Shown: in pieces, positions 8,562 through 16,856 of the stretch
Layout of the letters: every line of letters begins with the position of its first letter
Numbering within the stretch: the first letter of the stretch is position 1
DNA from: Gemmatimonadales bacterium
GTDB taxonomy: Bacteria; Gemmatimonadota; Gemmatimonadetes; Gemmatimonadales; GWC2-71-9
DNA: 64,000 nucleotides
Assembly: GCA_035491815.1 (NCBI GenBank)
Contig: DATJKA010000047.1
Coordinates: 91,520-155,519, forward strand
Direction of reading: 5' to 3'
Made by a program: the position numbers and the translations under genes
The notes under the pieces: model-generated
The model's database searches: none
The model's input: only the letters and a program-made list of their open reading frames with translations
What the model was told of the DNA's origin: nothing

Positions 8562-9610
8562 AAGTGCTGGTCGCGATGTCGGGCGGCGTCGATTCGTCCG
8601 TCGCCGCCGCGCTGCTCGTCGAGCAGGGGCACGAGGTCATCGGCGCGACGATGAAGCTGTTCTGCTACGGCGACAGTGTGCCCGATCGTCCGTGCTGCTC
8701 GCTCGATTCCATCACCGACGCGAAGCTGGTCGCACACAAGCTCGGCATCCCGCACTACGTCCTGAATCTCGAGGACCGCTTCGGGCACGACGTAATCGAC
8801 AATTTCGTGGCCGAGTACGCGCGTGGACGGACGCCGATCCCCTGCGTGCGCTGCAACTCATTCACCAAGTTCCGCGATTTCCTCTATCACGCCGACGCGC
8901 TCGAGTGCGATGCCATCGCCACGGGGCACTACGCGATCGCGCAGGGCGGCGCCTTGTACCGCGGCCACGACCGCCAGAAGGATCAGTCGTATTTCCTCTG
9001 GGGCATCGATCGCGCGGTTGTCGGCCGGATGCTGACGCCGGTCGGCGAGCTCGCGAAGGCGCACACTCGGGCCGTGGCGCGCCGGCTCGGACTCGTGACC
9101 GCCGAAAAGCAGGAGTCGGTCGAGATCTGCTTCGTGCCGGATGACGATTACGTCGCGGTACTGGAGCAGCGGCTCCCGCCCGACGCACCCGCACTCGTGC
9201 CCGGCCCGCTCGTGACGACGTCGGGCGACGTGATCGGCGAGCACGAGGGCTTCGCGCGCTACACGATCGGCCAGCGGCGCGGCTTGCCCGGCGGTTTCGG
9301 TGAGCCGCTCTACGTGGTCGCCATTCGCCCCGCGACCCGTGAGGTCGTGGTCGGCCGCGGCGCCGAGTTGTTTGGACACGAGGTGTCTCTCGAAGAGGTC
9401 AACTGGCTCACCGATGTGCCTTCTCCAGGGGACACTGTGTGGGTGCAATGCCGCTATCGCGCGCGTGCCGTCCCCGGCACGATTGCTGCGCAGGCGGACG
9501 ACCGCATCGCGCTTCGGCTTGCTGAGCCGGTTCGCGCGATCGCGCCAGGCCAATCGGGCGTGCTGTACGACGCCGGTGATCGCCTACTCGGCGGTGGCGT
9601 GATCGTCTAG
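8558..9610 (+). CDS. mnmA: tRNA 2-thiouridine(34) synthase MnmA
   Basis: The track ORF was trimmed to ATG 8558, which overlaps the upstream TGA (ATGA). PP-loop VAMSGGVDSSVAA, DQSYFLW motif, about 350 aa. Confidence 0.9.
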   Translation: MKVLVAMSGGVDSSVAAALLVEQGHEVIGATMKLFCYGDSVPDRPCCSLDSITDAKLVAHKLGIPHYVLNLEDRFGHDVIDNFVAEYARGRTPIPCVRCNSFTKFRDFLYHADALECDAIATGHYAIAQGGALYRGHDRQKDQSYFLWGIDRAVVGRMLTPVGELAKAHTRAVARRLGLVTAEKQESVEICFVPDDDYVAVLEQRLPPDAPALVPGPLVTTSGDVIGEHEGFARYTIGQRRGLPGGFGEPLYVVAIRPATREVVVGRGAELFGHEVSLEEVNWLTDVPSPGDTVWVQCRYRARAVPGTIAAQADDRIALRLAEPVRAIAPGQSGVLYDAGDRLLGGGVIV

Positions 9611-9624
9611 CCGGTTCAGGCGTG

Positions 9625-9645
9625 CGGAGGGTCACAGACCCTCCG
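9625..9645 (+). terminator. Stem-loop downstream of mnmA (9-bp perfect stem CGGAGGGTC/GACCCTCCG, 3-nt loop)
   Basis: The inverted repeat was read directly, 15 nt after the mnmA stop. There is no U-tract, so intrinsic termination is uncertain. Confidence 0.45.
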
Positions 9646-9698
9646 GCCGCAGCGCCTGCAGAATTCCTATTCGTCCCATTTTTCTGAGCGGAGGCTGT

Positions 9699-10823
9699 AT
9701 GCGACGGCTCCTGGGTTTCGGGCTCGTGCTCGGACTCGCGGCAACTGGCGGGGCGTGCAAAGATTCGCCGTCCCCGGTGGACTTCACCGATCCGGCGGCG
9801 ATTTCGGCGAACCTGTCCGCGGTCGACTCCACGTTCGACAACGACGTCTATCGCGGCTTCAACGTCGCGACTGCGCGGCTCAGCGCCGCGACGTCGGCAC
9901 CGGTCGGGGGGGGCTCGGCGGCGTTGCTGCAGATGGCACAACCGCAGCTCCGGCAGAACGGCGGTCGGATCTTCCTGCCGAACTTGCTGCAAGCAGCGAA
10001 GCTCCAGCAGGCGCTGCCCAACCTCAGCGTCGCCGCGGCCCAGGGGCGCATCATCCCCGATTCGATAATCGGCCGCGTGTTCCAGTGGGACACCACGCTC
10101 CATGAGTACACGTGGCAGGACAGCGTCGTCGCCGGCTTGAACGGCGTTCGCTTCATCCTGTACGCCACCGATGTCGAGGGCGCGGTCGTCGAGCCGGTCG
10201 TCGCAGTCGGGACGCTCGACATCATCGATCAGAGCACGACGAGCAAGCTACAGCTCGAAGTGCTGGTGCAGGGCCTCGGCGGCACGCCCAGCTACGTCGA
10301 CTACACGGCATCGCTGACGGTCGGCGCGACGACGGCCACGGCAACCGCGAACGGCTTCATCAGCAACGGTAAGAGCGGCGCGGACGGGAAGACGTTGACG
10401 TTCGATCAGACGTTCTCGGTCCGGCCGACCGGCGCCACCGTGAACGCGACCTTCGCGCTCAACAATCCGGCGATCACGCTGGCCATGTACGAGTCCGTGG
10501 CATTCTCCGACCCGAACATCGTCATCACGGCGGACTTCCGGTTGGTCCAGAACGGCTCGACGATTCGCACGGTCGGCCGAATCACGCTGAACACGGCGAC
10601 CGACAGCACCACCATGCATGTGGCAGTCTCGTTGGACGGCCATCCCGTCGCGTCGATCGACGGCGATCCGTCGAACCCGGGCACGCAATGGGTGGACGCG
10701 GGCGGCCAGCCGCTCTCAATAGATGATCTTGCGGCGCTCGATCACCTGTTCGCCGTCTGGGAGCACTTCCAGGAAGCGGTGACGGGGCTGTTCGCGCCGA
10801 TCAGCACGTTCGCGACGCTGTAG
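9699..10823 (+). CDS. Hypothetical lipoprotein
   Basis: GGAGG lies 4 nt upstream of the ATG. Signal peptide with lipobox LAATGGAC. I recognise no family. Confidence 0.6.
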   Translation: MRRLLGFGLVLGLAATGGACKDSPSPVDFTDPAAISANLSAVDSTFDNDVYRGFNVATARLSAATSAPVGGGSAALLQMAQPQLRQNGGRIFLPNLLQAAKLQQALPNLSVAAAQGRIIPDSIIGRVFQWDTTLHEYTWQDSVVAGLNGVRFILYATDVEGAVVEPVVAVGTLDIIDQSTTSKLQLEVLVQGLGGTPSYVDYTASLTVGATTATATANGFISNGKSGADGKTLTFDQTFSVRPTGATVNATFALNNPAITLAMYESVAFSDPNIVITADFRLVQNGSTIRTVGRITLNTATDSTTMHVAVSLDGHPVASIDGDPSNPGTQWVDAGGQPLSIDDLAALDHLFAVWEHFQEAVTGLFAPISTFATL

Positions 10824-10840
10824 CAGACGATCCACATAGC

Positions 10841-10881
10841 AACTCCCCGTCCGGCTCTGGCCGGGCGGGGAGTTTTGCTTT
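10841..10881 (+). terminator. Rho-independent terminator
   Basis: 15-bp stem AACTCCCCGTCCGGC / GCCGGGCGGGGAGTT (one G-U pair), loop TCTG, followed by TTTTGCTTTATT. Confidence 0.75.
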
Positions 10882-10892
10882 ATTACCTACAC

Positions 10893-11261
10893 GTGCTCTA
10901 CCGGCTGCTCGCCGACGGCGTCGTCCTGCTGCACGGGCTGTTCATCGTCTTCGTCGTGTTCGGCGGCTTGCTCGCGTGGCGCTGGAGGTGGGTCGCGGCG
11001 GTGCACATTCCCTGCGCCGTGTGGGGCACGCTGGTAGAATACCAGGGACGGCTGTGCCCGCTCACGCCGCTCGAAAACGCGTTGCGCACGCGCGCGGGCG
11101 AGCAAGGATACACCGGCGGCTTCATCGAGCATTACCTGCTGCCGACGATTTATCCGTCCGGTCTCACGCATCGCACGCAGATCGTGCTCGGTACCATCGT
11201 GCTCCTGATCAACGTCGTCACCTACGCCGTCTTCATCCGTCGTCTCACGCGAGGTTCCTGA
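10893..11261 (+). CDS. DUF2784 family membrane protein
   Basis: N-terminus VLYRLLADGVVLLHGLFIVFVVFGG and the CPLTPLEN motif are typical of DUF2784. I prefer GTG 10893 to the track's TTG 10875, which lies inside the terminator U-tract. Confidence 0.65.
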   Translation: MLYRLLADGVVLLHGLFIVFVVFGGLLAWRWRWVAAVHIPCAVWGTLVEYQGRLCPLTPLENALRTRAGEQGYTGGFIEHYLLPTIYPSGLTHRTQIVLGTIVLLINVVTYAVFIRRLTRGS

Positions 11262-12556
11262 TGTCCACTCGTCGCCATTTTCTCCGCACGCTGTTCGCCA
11301 CGACCGCCGCGCTCCCCGCCCTGCGCAGCGACGCGCTCGCGCGCATTCGACCCACGGTTCAGGGCGCGGGCGTCCGCAGCCCGGCCGAGCTCGCGCAGGA
11401 CGAGGACTTCTGGCGGGACATCCAGGCGGCGTTCGACATCGATCGTGGCATGATCAATCTGAACAACGGCGGCGTCGCCCCGTCCCCACGCGTCGTGAAT
11501 GCCGCGTTCCAGCGGTACCTCGCGGTCTCGAATCAGGCGCCCGCGATCACGATGTGGGGCTGGATCGAGCCGGAGATCGAGGCGGTGCGCCGGCGCCTCG
11601 CGGCGAATTTCGGCTGCGATCCCGAGGAAATGGCGATCACGCGCAACGCCAGCGAGGCGCTGGAGATCGTGCAGCTCGGCATGCCGCTCGAGCGCGGCGA
11701 CGAAGTGCTGACGACGACGCAGGATTATCCCCGCATGATCACGACCTGGCGGCAGCGGGAGCGCCGCGACGGGATCGTGCTCAAACAGATCACCTTCCCC
11801 GTCCCGCCGCCCTCGCAAGACGATCTCGCGCGGCGGATCGAAGACGCGATCACACCGCGCACCAAGGTGATCCACATCTGTCACATCACGAACCTCACGG
11901 GACAGATCTTCCCGGTGAAGCGGATCGCGCAGCTGGGGCGCGCGCGCGGCATCGAGGTGATCGTGGACGGCGCGCATGCGTACGCGCACTTCCCGTTCAC
12001 CCGCGACGACCTCGACTGCGACTACTACGGCACCAGCCTGCACAAGTGGCTGACCGCGCCGATCGGGACGGGTTTTCTCTACGTCCGGAAGTCGAAGATC
12101 GCGAAGATCTGGCCGATGATGGCCGCGCCGCCCGAGATGAACGAGAACATCCGCAAGTTCGAGGAGATCGGGACGCATCCGGCGGCGAATCACAACGCAA
12201 TCGTCGAGGCGCTCGATTTCCTGGATGGCATCGGCCCTGAGCGGAAGGCGGCCCGCCTCCGGTTCCTGCGCGACCGCTGGGCGAAACGGCTGGAGCGTGT
12301 GCCGGGCGTGAAGATCTTGACGCCGTACGATCCTGCGCAGTCGTGCGGGCTCGCCTCGTTCACGCCGGCCCAGCTCGACGTCGGCAAGGTGACCGGCTAC
12401 CTGTTCGACCGGCACCGCATCATCGTCACGCCGATCGCGCATCCCGAGTTCAACTGCCTGCGCATCACGCCGAACGTCTACACCACCCTGGCCGAGATCG
12501 ACCGGTTTGCCGACGTGATGGAAGACGTGCTGCGGAAAGGCTTGCCGACATCGTAG
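11261..12556 (+). CDS. Class V aminotransferase-fold PLP enzyme with a twin-arginine signal (isopenicillin-N-epimerase / cysteine-desulfurase-like)
   Basis: Trimmed to ATG 11261, which shares 1 nt with the upstream TGA. Tat motif TRRHFLRTLFATTAALPAL. SLHKW PLP-lysine region. About 431 aa. Confidence 0.75.
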   Translation: MSTRRHFLRTLFATTAALPALRSDALARIRPTVQGAGVRSPAELAQDEDFWRDIQAAFDIDRGMINLNNGGVAPSPRVVNAAFQRYLAVSNQAPAITMWGWIEPEIEAVRRRLAANFGCDPEEMAITRNASEALEIVQLGMPLERGDEVLTTTQDYPRMITTWRQRERRDGIVLKQITFPVPPPSQDDLARRIEDAITPRTKVIHICHITNLTGQIFPVKRIAQLGRARGIEVIVDGAHAYAHFPFTRDDLDCDYYGTSLHKWLTAPIGTGFLYVRKSKIAKIWPMMAAPPEMNENIRKFEEIGTHPAANHNAIVEALDFLDGIGPERKAARLRFLRDRWAKRLERVPGVKILTPYDPAQSCGLASFTPAQLDVGKVTGYLFDRHRIIVTPIAHPEFNCLRITPNVYTTLAEIDRFADVMEDVLRKGLPTS

Positions 12557-12577
12557 GGGGTGATAACGTTGCGAGCC

Positions 12578-12826
12578 ATGAAATCCATCCTGGTCGTGCT
12601 ATCGGCGTGCCTGCTGCTCGCCTGCGGGGGGTGCGGGGGGAGCTCGGACAAAGCGAGCCAGACCGTGAACCGCGATACCCTCACCGAGCGCCAGAAAGAC
12701 AGCATCCTGGCGCACTCGCAGATCCCCGGCGCGAGCGCGGTGGGTCGCGCGATGAATGCCGCCGATTCGATGAGCGCGAAGGTGCAGCGGTCCGATACCG
12801 TCGCGAGGGACACGACGGAGCGCTGA
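12578..12826 (+). CDS. Small hypothetical lipoprotein
   Basis: MKSILVVLSACLLLACGG signal with lipobox. The track start GTG 12560 is an alternative. Confidence 0.5.
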   Translation: MKSILVVLSACLLLACGGCGGSSDKASQTVNRDTLTERQKDSILAHSQIPGASAVGRAMNAADSMSAKVQRSDTVARDTTER

Positions 12827-13338
12827 TGCGCGCCCTGCTCGTCGCCGGTGGAGTTGCAGCAGTGGTGGCGGCTTGCGGCCCCGCGAATCCGTGCAAGGGC
12901 TATCAGTTCGACCGGCTGCGGCGGTTCTCGCTCCCCTACGCCGGTCGCTGGACCGTCGCGCGCGGCGACACGCTGACCTTCCCTGATGCTCCAGCGATGA
13001 GCGATCACTTCCGCCTGGCGGAGATCACGCTCGATACCGTGCCGGTCGCCGTCGGCCGGGACTGCGTGCTCCGCGGGCAGATCGTGTTCCGCGCGCCGCG
13101 CGCCGATACGATCGTGGCCACATGGTTCGGCCAACCGGAGCACGCGATCGTCACCGGCTGGCCGGCGGACCTCGGCCCGTTCGCGGGCCTGTCGCTCACC
13201 GCCTCCGGTGGGAACGCGGACTCGATGTCCGGCGCCATCCTGCTCGACTCGAAGCTCGGCGTGCAAGCCCGGCCAGGCATGACGGCGCGGTTCGTCGTCG
13301 GGCGGTGGCGCGCGCAGCGGTTATCTTCTCCCCAATGA
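12826..13338 (+). CDS. Hypothetical lipoprotein
   Basis: The ATG shares 1 nt with the upstream TGA. MRALLVAGGVAAVVAACG lipobox. The track ORF 12343-13338 was trimmed. Confidence 0.55.
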   Translation: MRALLVAGGVAAVVAACGPANPCKGYQFDRLRRFSLPYAGRWTVARGDTLTFPDAPAMSDHFRLAEITLDTVPVAVGRDCVLRGQIVFRAPRADTIVATWFGQPEHAIVTGWPADLGPFAGLSLTASGGNADSMSGAILLDSKLGVQARPGMTARFVVGRWRAQRLSSPQ

Positions 13339-13733
13339 AAGGCTTCCTCGTCAGGCTGCTCATCACCGCGCTGGGCCTTTGGATCGCCGACCGGCTGCTT
13401 CCCGGCATCCAGTTCGCCGGCACCGGGACGCTCGTCGTGTCGGCGCTGGTGCTGGGCATCGTCAATGCGCTCATCCGTCCGATCATTTTCATCCTGACCG
13501 TACCGCTGACCATCCTGACGCTCGGCCTCTTCATCTTGATCGTGAACGGGATCTCGTTCGCGCTCGCCGCCTGGCTCGTGCCCGGATTTCACGTCGCCGG
13601 GCTGTGGTCTGCGACGTGGGGCGCGATCATCGTCGGCGTAACGAGCTGGATCGCGTCACACTTCATCGGTGGATCGGGCAAGATCGAGCGCCTGCAGCGG
13701 GTGGAGGTCACCGGCCGCCGCATCGATGGATAG
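13335..13733 (+). CDS. Phage_holin_4_2 / YvlD (DUF360) family membrane protein
   Basis: ATGA overlap with the upstream gene. Family-typical LGLWIADRLLPGIQF...IVNALIRPIIFILTVPLTILTLGLFILIVNG...LVPGFHV. Confidence 0.78.
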   Translation: MKGFLVRLLITALGLWIADRLLPGIQFAGTGTLVVSALVLGIVNALIRPIIFILTVPLTILTLGLFILIVNGISFALAAWLVPGFHVAGLWSATWGAIIVGVTSWIASHFIGGSGKIERLQRVEVTGRRIDG

Positions 13734-14103
13734 GGCGCAGGGCTTCGCGCTCGCCGGCGCCGTCTCCGCATTCATCGCCGTCGGCGCCGGAGCATTCGGG
13801 GCGCACGCGCTGCGCACTCGGCTCTCCGCCGATCTCCTGAGCGTCTTCGAGACCGGCGTCCGCTATCAGATGTATCACGCACTCGGATTGCTGGGCGTCG
13901 CATGGGCCGCGACCCGCTGGCCGACGACGCCCACCCATGCCGCCGGCTGGTGTTTCATCGGCGGCACGATGCTTTTCTCCGGCAGCTTGTATGCCCTCGC
14001 GTTCACCGGCGTCCGCTGGCTTGGCGCGATCACGCCGTTTGGCGGTCTCCTGTTTCTTTGCGGATGGGCGGCGCTCGCCATCGGGATCGCGAGCGCAGGA
14101 TGA
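13726..14103 (+). CDS. DUF423 family membrane protein (YgdD-like)
   Basis: 8-nt overlap with the upstream gene. GAFGAHAL...FETGVRYQMYHAL motif. Confidence 0.72.
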   Translation: MDRAQGFALAGAVSAFIAVGAGAFGAHALRTRLSADLLSVFETGVRYQMYHALGLLGVAWAATRWPTTPTHAAGWCFIGGTMLFSGSLYALAFTGVRWLGAITPFGGLLFLCGWAALAIGIASAG

Positions 14104-15212
14104 AACGCTCGGCGCCGCTGTTCGACGTCGAAACGCCTGCGCTCCTGCTGTACCAGGACGTCATGGAGCGCAATCTCGCCCACATGGCCGACCGCGCGCG
14201 CCGGCTCGGCGTCGCGCTGCGACCTCACATCAAGACGCACAAGTGTCTCGAGCTCGGGCGCCGCCAGCTCGCGCACGGGGCCCAGGGCATTACGGTGTCG
14301 ACGCTCTTCGAGGCGGAGGCATTCGCGCGCGGCGGGTTCACCGACATCACCTGGGCGTTTCCGCTGGATCTCTCACACGTCGCGCACGTGCAGCGCATCG
14401 CCGCGAACGGCGTCACGGTGCGCGTCCTGCTCGACGATCTCGAGACGGCGAAGGGACTGGCGAAGAGCGGCTTGCACGTGTGGCTCAAGGTCGACAGCGG
14501 CTTGCACCGCGCCGGCGTCGACCCGTCGTCGCGCTATGCGCTGGAGGTCGGCCGCGAGCTCGGCGCCGAGCGCGGCTTGACGTTCGACGGCATTCTCACG
14601 CATTCCGGTCACGCGTATCGCACCCGGAATAAGGACGAAGCGGCGCAGGTCGCCGAGCAGGAGCGCCAGGTGATGACCTGGTTTGCCGACCTGCTACGGA
14701 AGGACGGCGTGGCCGTGCGGAGCGTGAGCGTGGGCTCGACGCCCGCGATGGCGGCCGCAAAAGACTTGACCGGCGTCACAGAAGCCCGGCCGGGGAACTA
14801 CATCTTCTATGACCGCACCATGGTACTGATCGGTTGTTGCGAGCCGCAGGACGTAGCGGTGTCGGTCCTGGCGACGGTCGTGTCGCACCAGCCCGGTGCG
14901 TCGCATTTCGTCGTGGACGCGGGCGCATTGTCGCTCTCCAAGGATCTTGGCCCGACGCACCTCGGGCTGGATGCCGTCTTCGGCGAGGTGAAGGGCCACC
15001 CCGAGCTGGCGGTCGCGTCGGTGTCGCAAGAGCACGGCGTCGTTCGTGCGCGCTCTGCCGCCGCGATCGAAGGAAAGTTCGCCGTCGGGCAGCAGCTCGA
15101 GATCATCCCCAACCACTCCTGCCTGACCGAGGCGCATTTCGACGAGTACGTGGTGATCGATGAGCAGGGAGGTCGTGTGGTGGATCGCTGGCGCATCGAG
15201 CGCGGCCGATGA
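14100..15212 (+). CDS. D-TA family PLP enzyme (D-threonine aldolase / D-serine dehydratase-like; alanine-racemase N-terminal fold)
   Basis: ATGA overlap with the upstream gene. LRPHIKTHKC PLP-lysine motif. About 370 aa, typical of the family. Confidence 0.75.
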   Translation: MKRSAPLFDVETPALLLYQDVMERNLAHMADRARRLGVALRPHIKTHKCLELGRRQLAHGAQGITVSTLFEAEAFARGGFTDITWAFPLDLSHVAHVQRIAANGVTVRVLLDDLETAKGLAKSGLHVWLKVDSGLHRAGVDPSSRYALEVGRELGAERGLTFDGILTHSGHAYRTRNKDEAAQVAEQERQVMTWFADLLRKDGVAVRSVSVGSTPAMAAAKDLTGVTEARPGNYIFYDRTMVLIGCCEPQDVAVSVLATVVSHQPGASHFVVDAGALSLSKDLGPTHLGLDAVFGEVKGHPELAVASVSQEHGVVRARSAAAIEGKFAVGQQLEIIPNHSCLTEAHFDEYVVIDEQGGRVVDRWRIERGR

Positions 15213-15487
15213 GAATCCTGCGCCGACATTTCTTTGTCGCGCTGCTGCCGCTGATCTTTGGGCTCGCGGCAAGCTGGGGATTCGCGTTCACGCAGGACAA
15301 GTGCGGTCACCTCGTCGGTCCGATTTTCGCTCCCAAGTGCCATTGGATTCAACTCTGGTACCAGCTGGGCTTTCAGATGGGCGGAACGCTGTTGGGCTGT
15401 TTGCTGGCCGTGATCGTCGGCACGTGGCTGGAACTGCGGAGCCGGCGCGCGGCCGAACGTGCTGTCAACCAGGGAGTGACTTCATGA
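15209..15487 (+). CDS. Small hypothetical membrane protein (two predicted TM helices)
   Basis: ATGA overlaps at both ends support that it is translated. Hydrophobic segments VALLPLIFGLAASWGFAF and LLGCLLAVIVGTWL. Confidence 0.55.
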   Translation: MRILRRHFFVALLPLIFGLAASWGFAFTQDKCGHLVGPIFAPKCHWIQLWYQLGFQMGGTLLGCLLAVIVGTWLELRSRRAAERAVNQGVTS

Positions 15488-15918
15488 AACTACTCGCATC
15501 GCTGTTCGTGCTGGTCGGCCTTGCCGGATCTCTCGCCGCACAGGATACGACCGCACATCCGGCCGCCGCCGCTCCAGCGGCTGCGGCGCCGGCCGCGAGC
15601 AACATCGCCGTCGACGCGGTGCTGGCGCGCTCGCTCGCCGACCGCGTGCCGCAGGATACGGGCAGCGCGTTTGCCGACTCCGTCGGCACCGTCGTGCTCT
15701 GGATGAAGGTCACCGGGGCCAACGGCCAGACGCTCCATCACGTCTGGTTCCACGGCGACGATCAGGTCGGTGATGTCTCGCTCGCCATCAACGGCTCGCC
15801 GTGGCGCACCTGGAGCCGCAAGACGATCCCCGCGGATGCGAAAGGCGCTTGGCACGTAGAAATCAGGGACGCGGCGGGGACGGTGCTGAAAAGAATCGAT
15901 TTCACGGTGGGACAATAG
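15484..15918 (+). CDS. Secreted hypothetical protein, possibly DUF2914-like
   Basis: ATGA overlap with the upstream gene. Signal peptide MKLLASLFVLVGLAGSLAAQ. The C-terminal pattern SPWRTWSRKTIPADAKGAWHVEIRDAAGTVL resembles DUF2914; this is from memory only. Confidence 0.5.
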   Translation: MKLLASLFVLVGLAGSLAAQDTTAHPAAAAPAAAAPAASNIAVDAVLARSLADRVPQDTGSAFADSVGTVVLWMKVTGANGQTLHHVWFHGDDQVGDVSLAINGSPWRTWSRKTIPADAKGAWHVEIRDAAGTVLKRIDFTVGQ

Positions 15919-15928
15919 ATACGAGGTA

Positions 15929-15975
15929 GACGCTGAGTGGCCGAGCGGCCCCTTAGCCTCTCGGCCGCTGAGCGT
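15929..15975 (+). terminator. 17-bp imperfect stem-loop at the end of the 12.6-15.9 kb gene chain
   Basis: GACGCTGAGTGGCCGAG / CTCGGCCGCTGAGCGTC (one mismatch, one G-U pair) with a 13-nt loop. No U-tract. Confidence 0.5.
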
Positions 15976-16014
15976 CTCCCCGAACACTGACTCCTGTATT
16001 ATTGTAGCGGTCGC

Positions 16015-16377
16015 ATGGATCTCGTGGACCAAATCGTCGCGAACTTGGAAGTCGAGCCCGGCCAGGCCGAAAAGGGCGTGGGCGCCATCTTGATGGCGAT
16101 GCGCATGGCCGTCGATAAGCCGACGTTCGACAAGATTCGCGCGGCCGTGCCCAACGGCGAGAGCTACATGGGCCGGGCGTTGATGAGCGGCGCCCGCACG
16201 GGCGAGATGATCGGCATCGCCGGCCCGAACGCGCTGATGGCGGGCCTATCGGCCGCCGGATTCAAGAAGGACGACGTGCCGCGGCTGGGCCGTCTCGTGC
16301 TGGAGCACATCCGGCCCGCGGTCGGCAACGACGTGATCGACAAGTTTCTCGCCGGCGCGCCGGCGCTCAAAGGCTAG
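16015..16377 (+). CDS. DUF2780-like protein
   Basis: 120-aa ORF. The N-terminal pattern LVDQIVANLEVEPGQAEKGVGAIL resembles DUF2780; this is from memory only. Confidence 0.5.
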   Translation: MDLVDQIVANLEVEPGQAEKGVGAILMAMRMAVDKPTFDKIRAAVPNGESYMGRALMSGARTGEMIGIAGPNALMAGLSAAGFKKDDVPRLGRLVLEHIRPAVGNDVIDKFLAGAPALKG

Positions 16378-16856
16378 CCGCCGGTACGCCAGCGCAAATT
16401 CCTGCCGCCGAGCGCCAACAGCAGTAGCAGCGCCCCTGTCGTGATCCCCATGTCCGCGACATTGAACGTCCAGAAGCGCACGCTGTGCACACCGATATCG
16501 ATGAAGTCCACCACGCCGGCGCTCGAACGGAGCCGATCGAGCAGATTGCCCAGCGCGCCGCCGGCGACGAGCGCGACGCCGATGACGCGGAGACGCTCGG
16601 AGGGCCGAGTGCGATGGTAGACAAGGCCCAGGACGATGAGCGCCCCGAGCGTGAGGGCCGATAGCATCAGACGGCCGCCCAGGTCCACTCCCATCGCGGC
16701 ATTCGTATTGTACTCGAGCGTGACCCGCACCACCTGCCCCACCACCGGCACAGGCTCACCGACGACCAAGCGACTCTCGACGACGCGCTTGCTGGCACAA
16801 TCGGCAACGAGCAGCGCGATCGCGAGCGGCCAGAACCAGCGCGCCTTGGACGTCAC
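16374..16856 (-). CDS. lspA: Lipoprotein signal peptidase (signal peptidase II)
   Basis: The track ORF 16374-17165 was trimmed to GTG 16856, which overlaps the upstream stop (GTGA). Motifs NTNAAMG, GGALGNLLDR and FNVADM. About 160 aa. Confidence 0.85.
   Translation of the reverse strand: MTSKARWFWPLAIALLVADCASKRVVESRLVVGEPVPVVGQVVRVTLEYNTNAAMGVDLGGRLMLSALTLGALIVLGLVYHRTRPSERLRVIGVALVAGGALGNLLDRLRSSAGVVDFIDIGVHSVRFWTFNVADMGITTGALLLLLALGGRNLRWRTGG

Noticed and set aside
13335-13733. Phage lysis cassette, suggested by the name of the holin family IV protein.
   Set aside because: No endolysin, spanin or phage structural genes are adjacent. The YvlD/DUF360 family is widespread in non-phage contexts. 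The amidase at 49540-51396 lies 36 kb away and is a lipoprotein with a housekeeping architecture.
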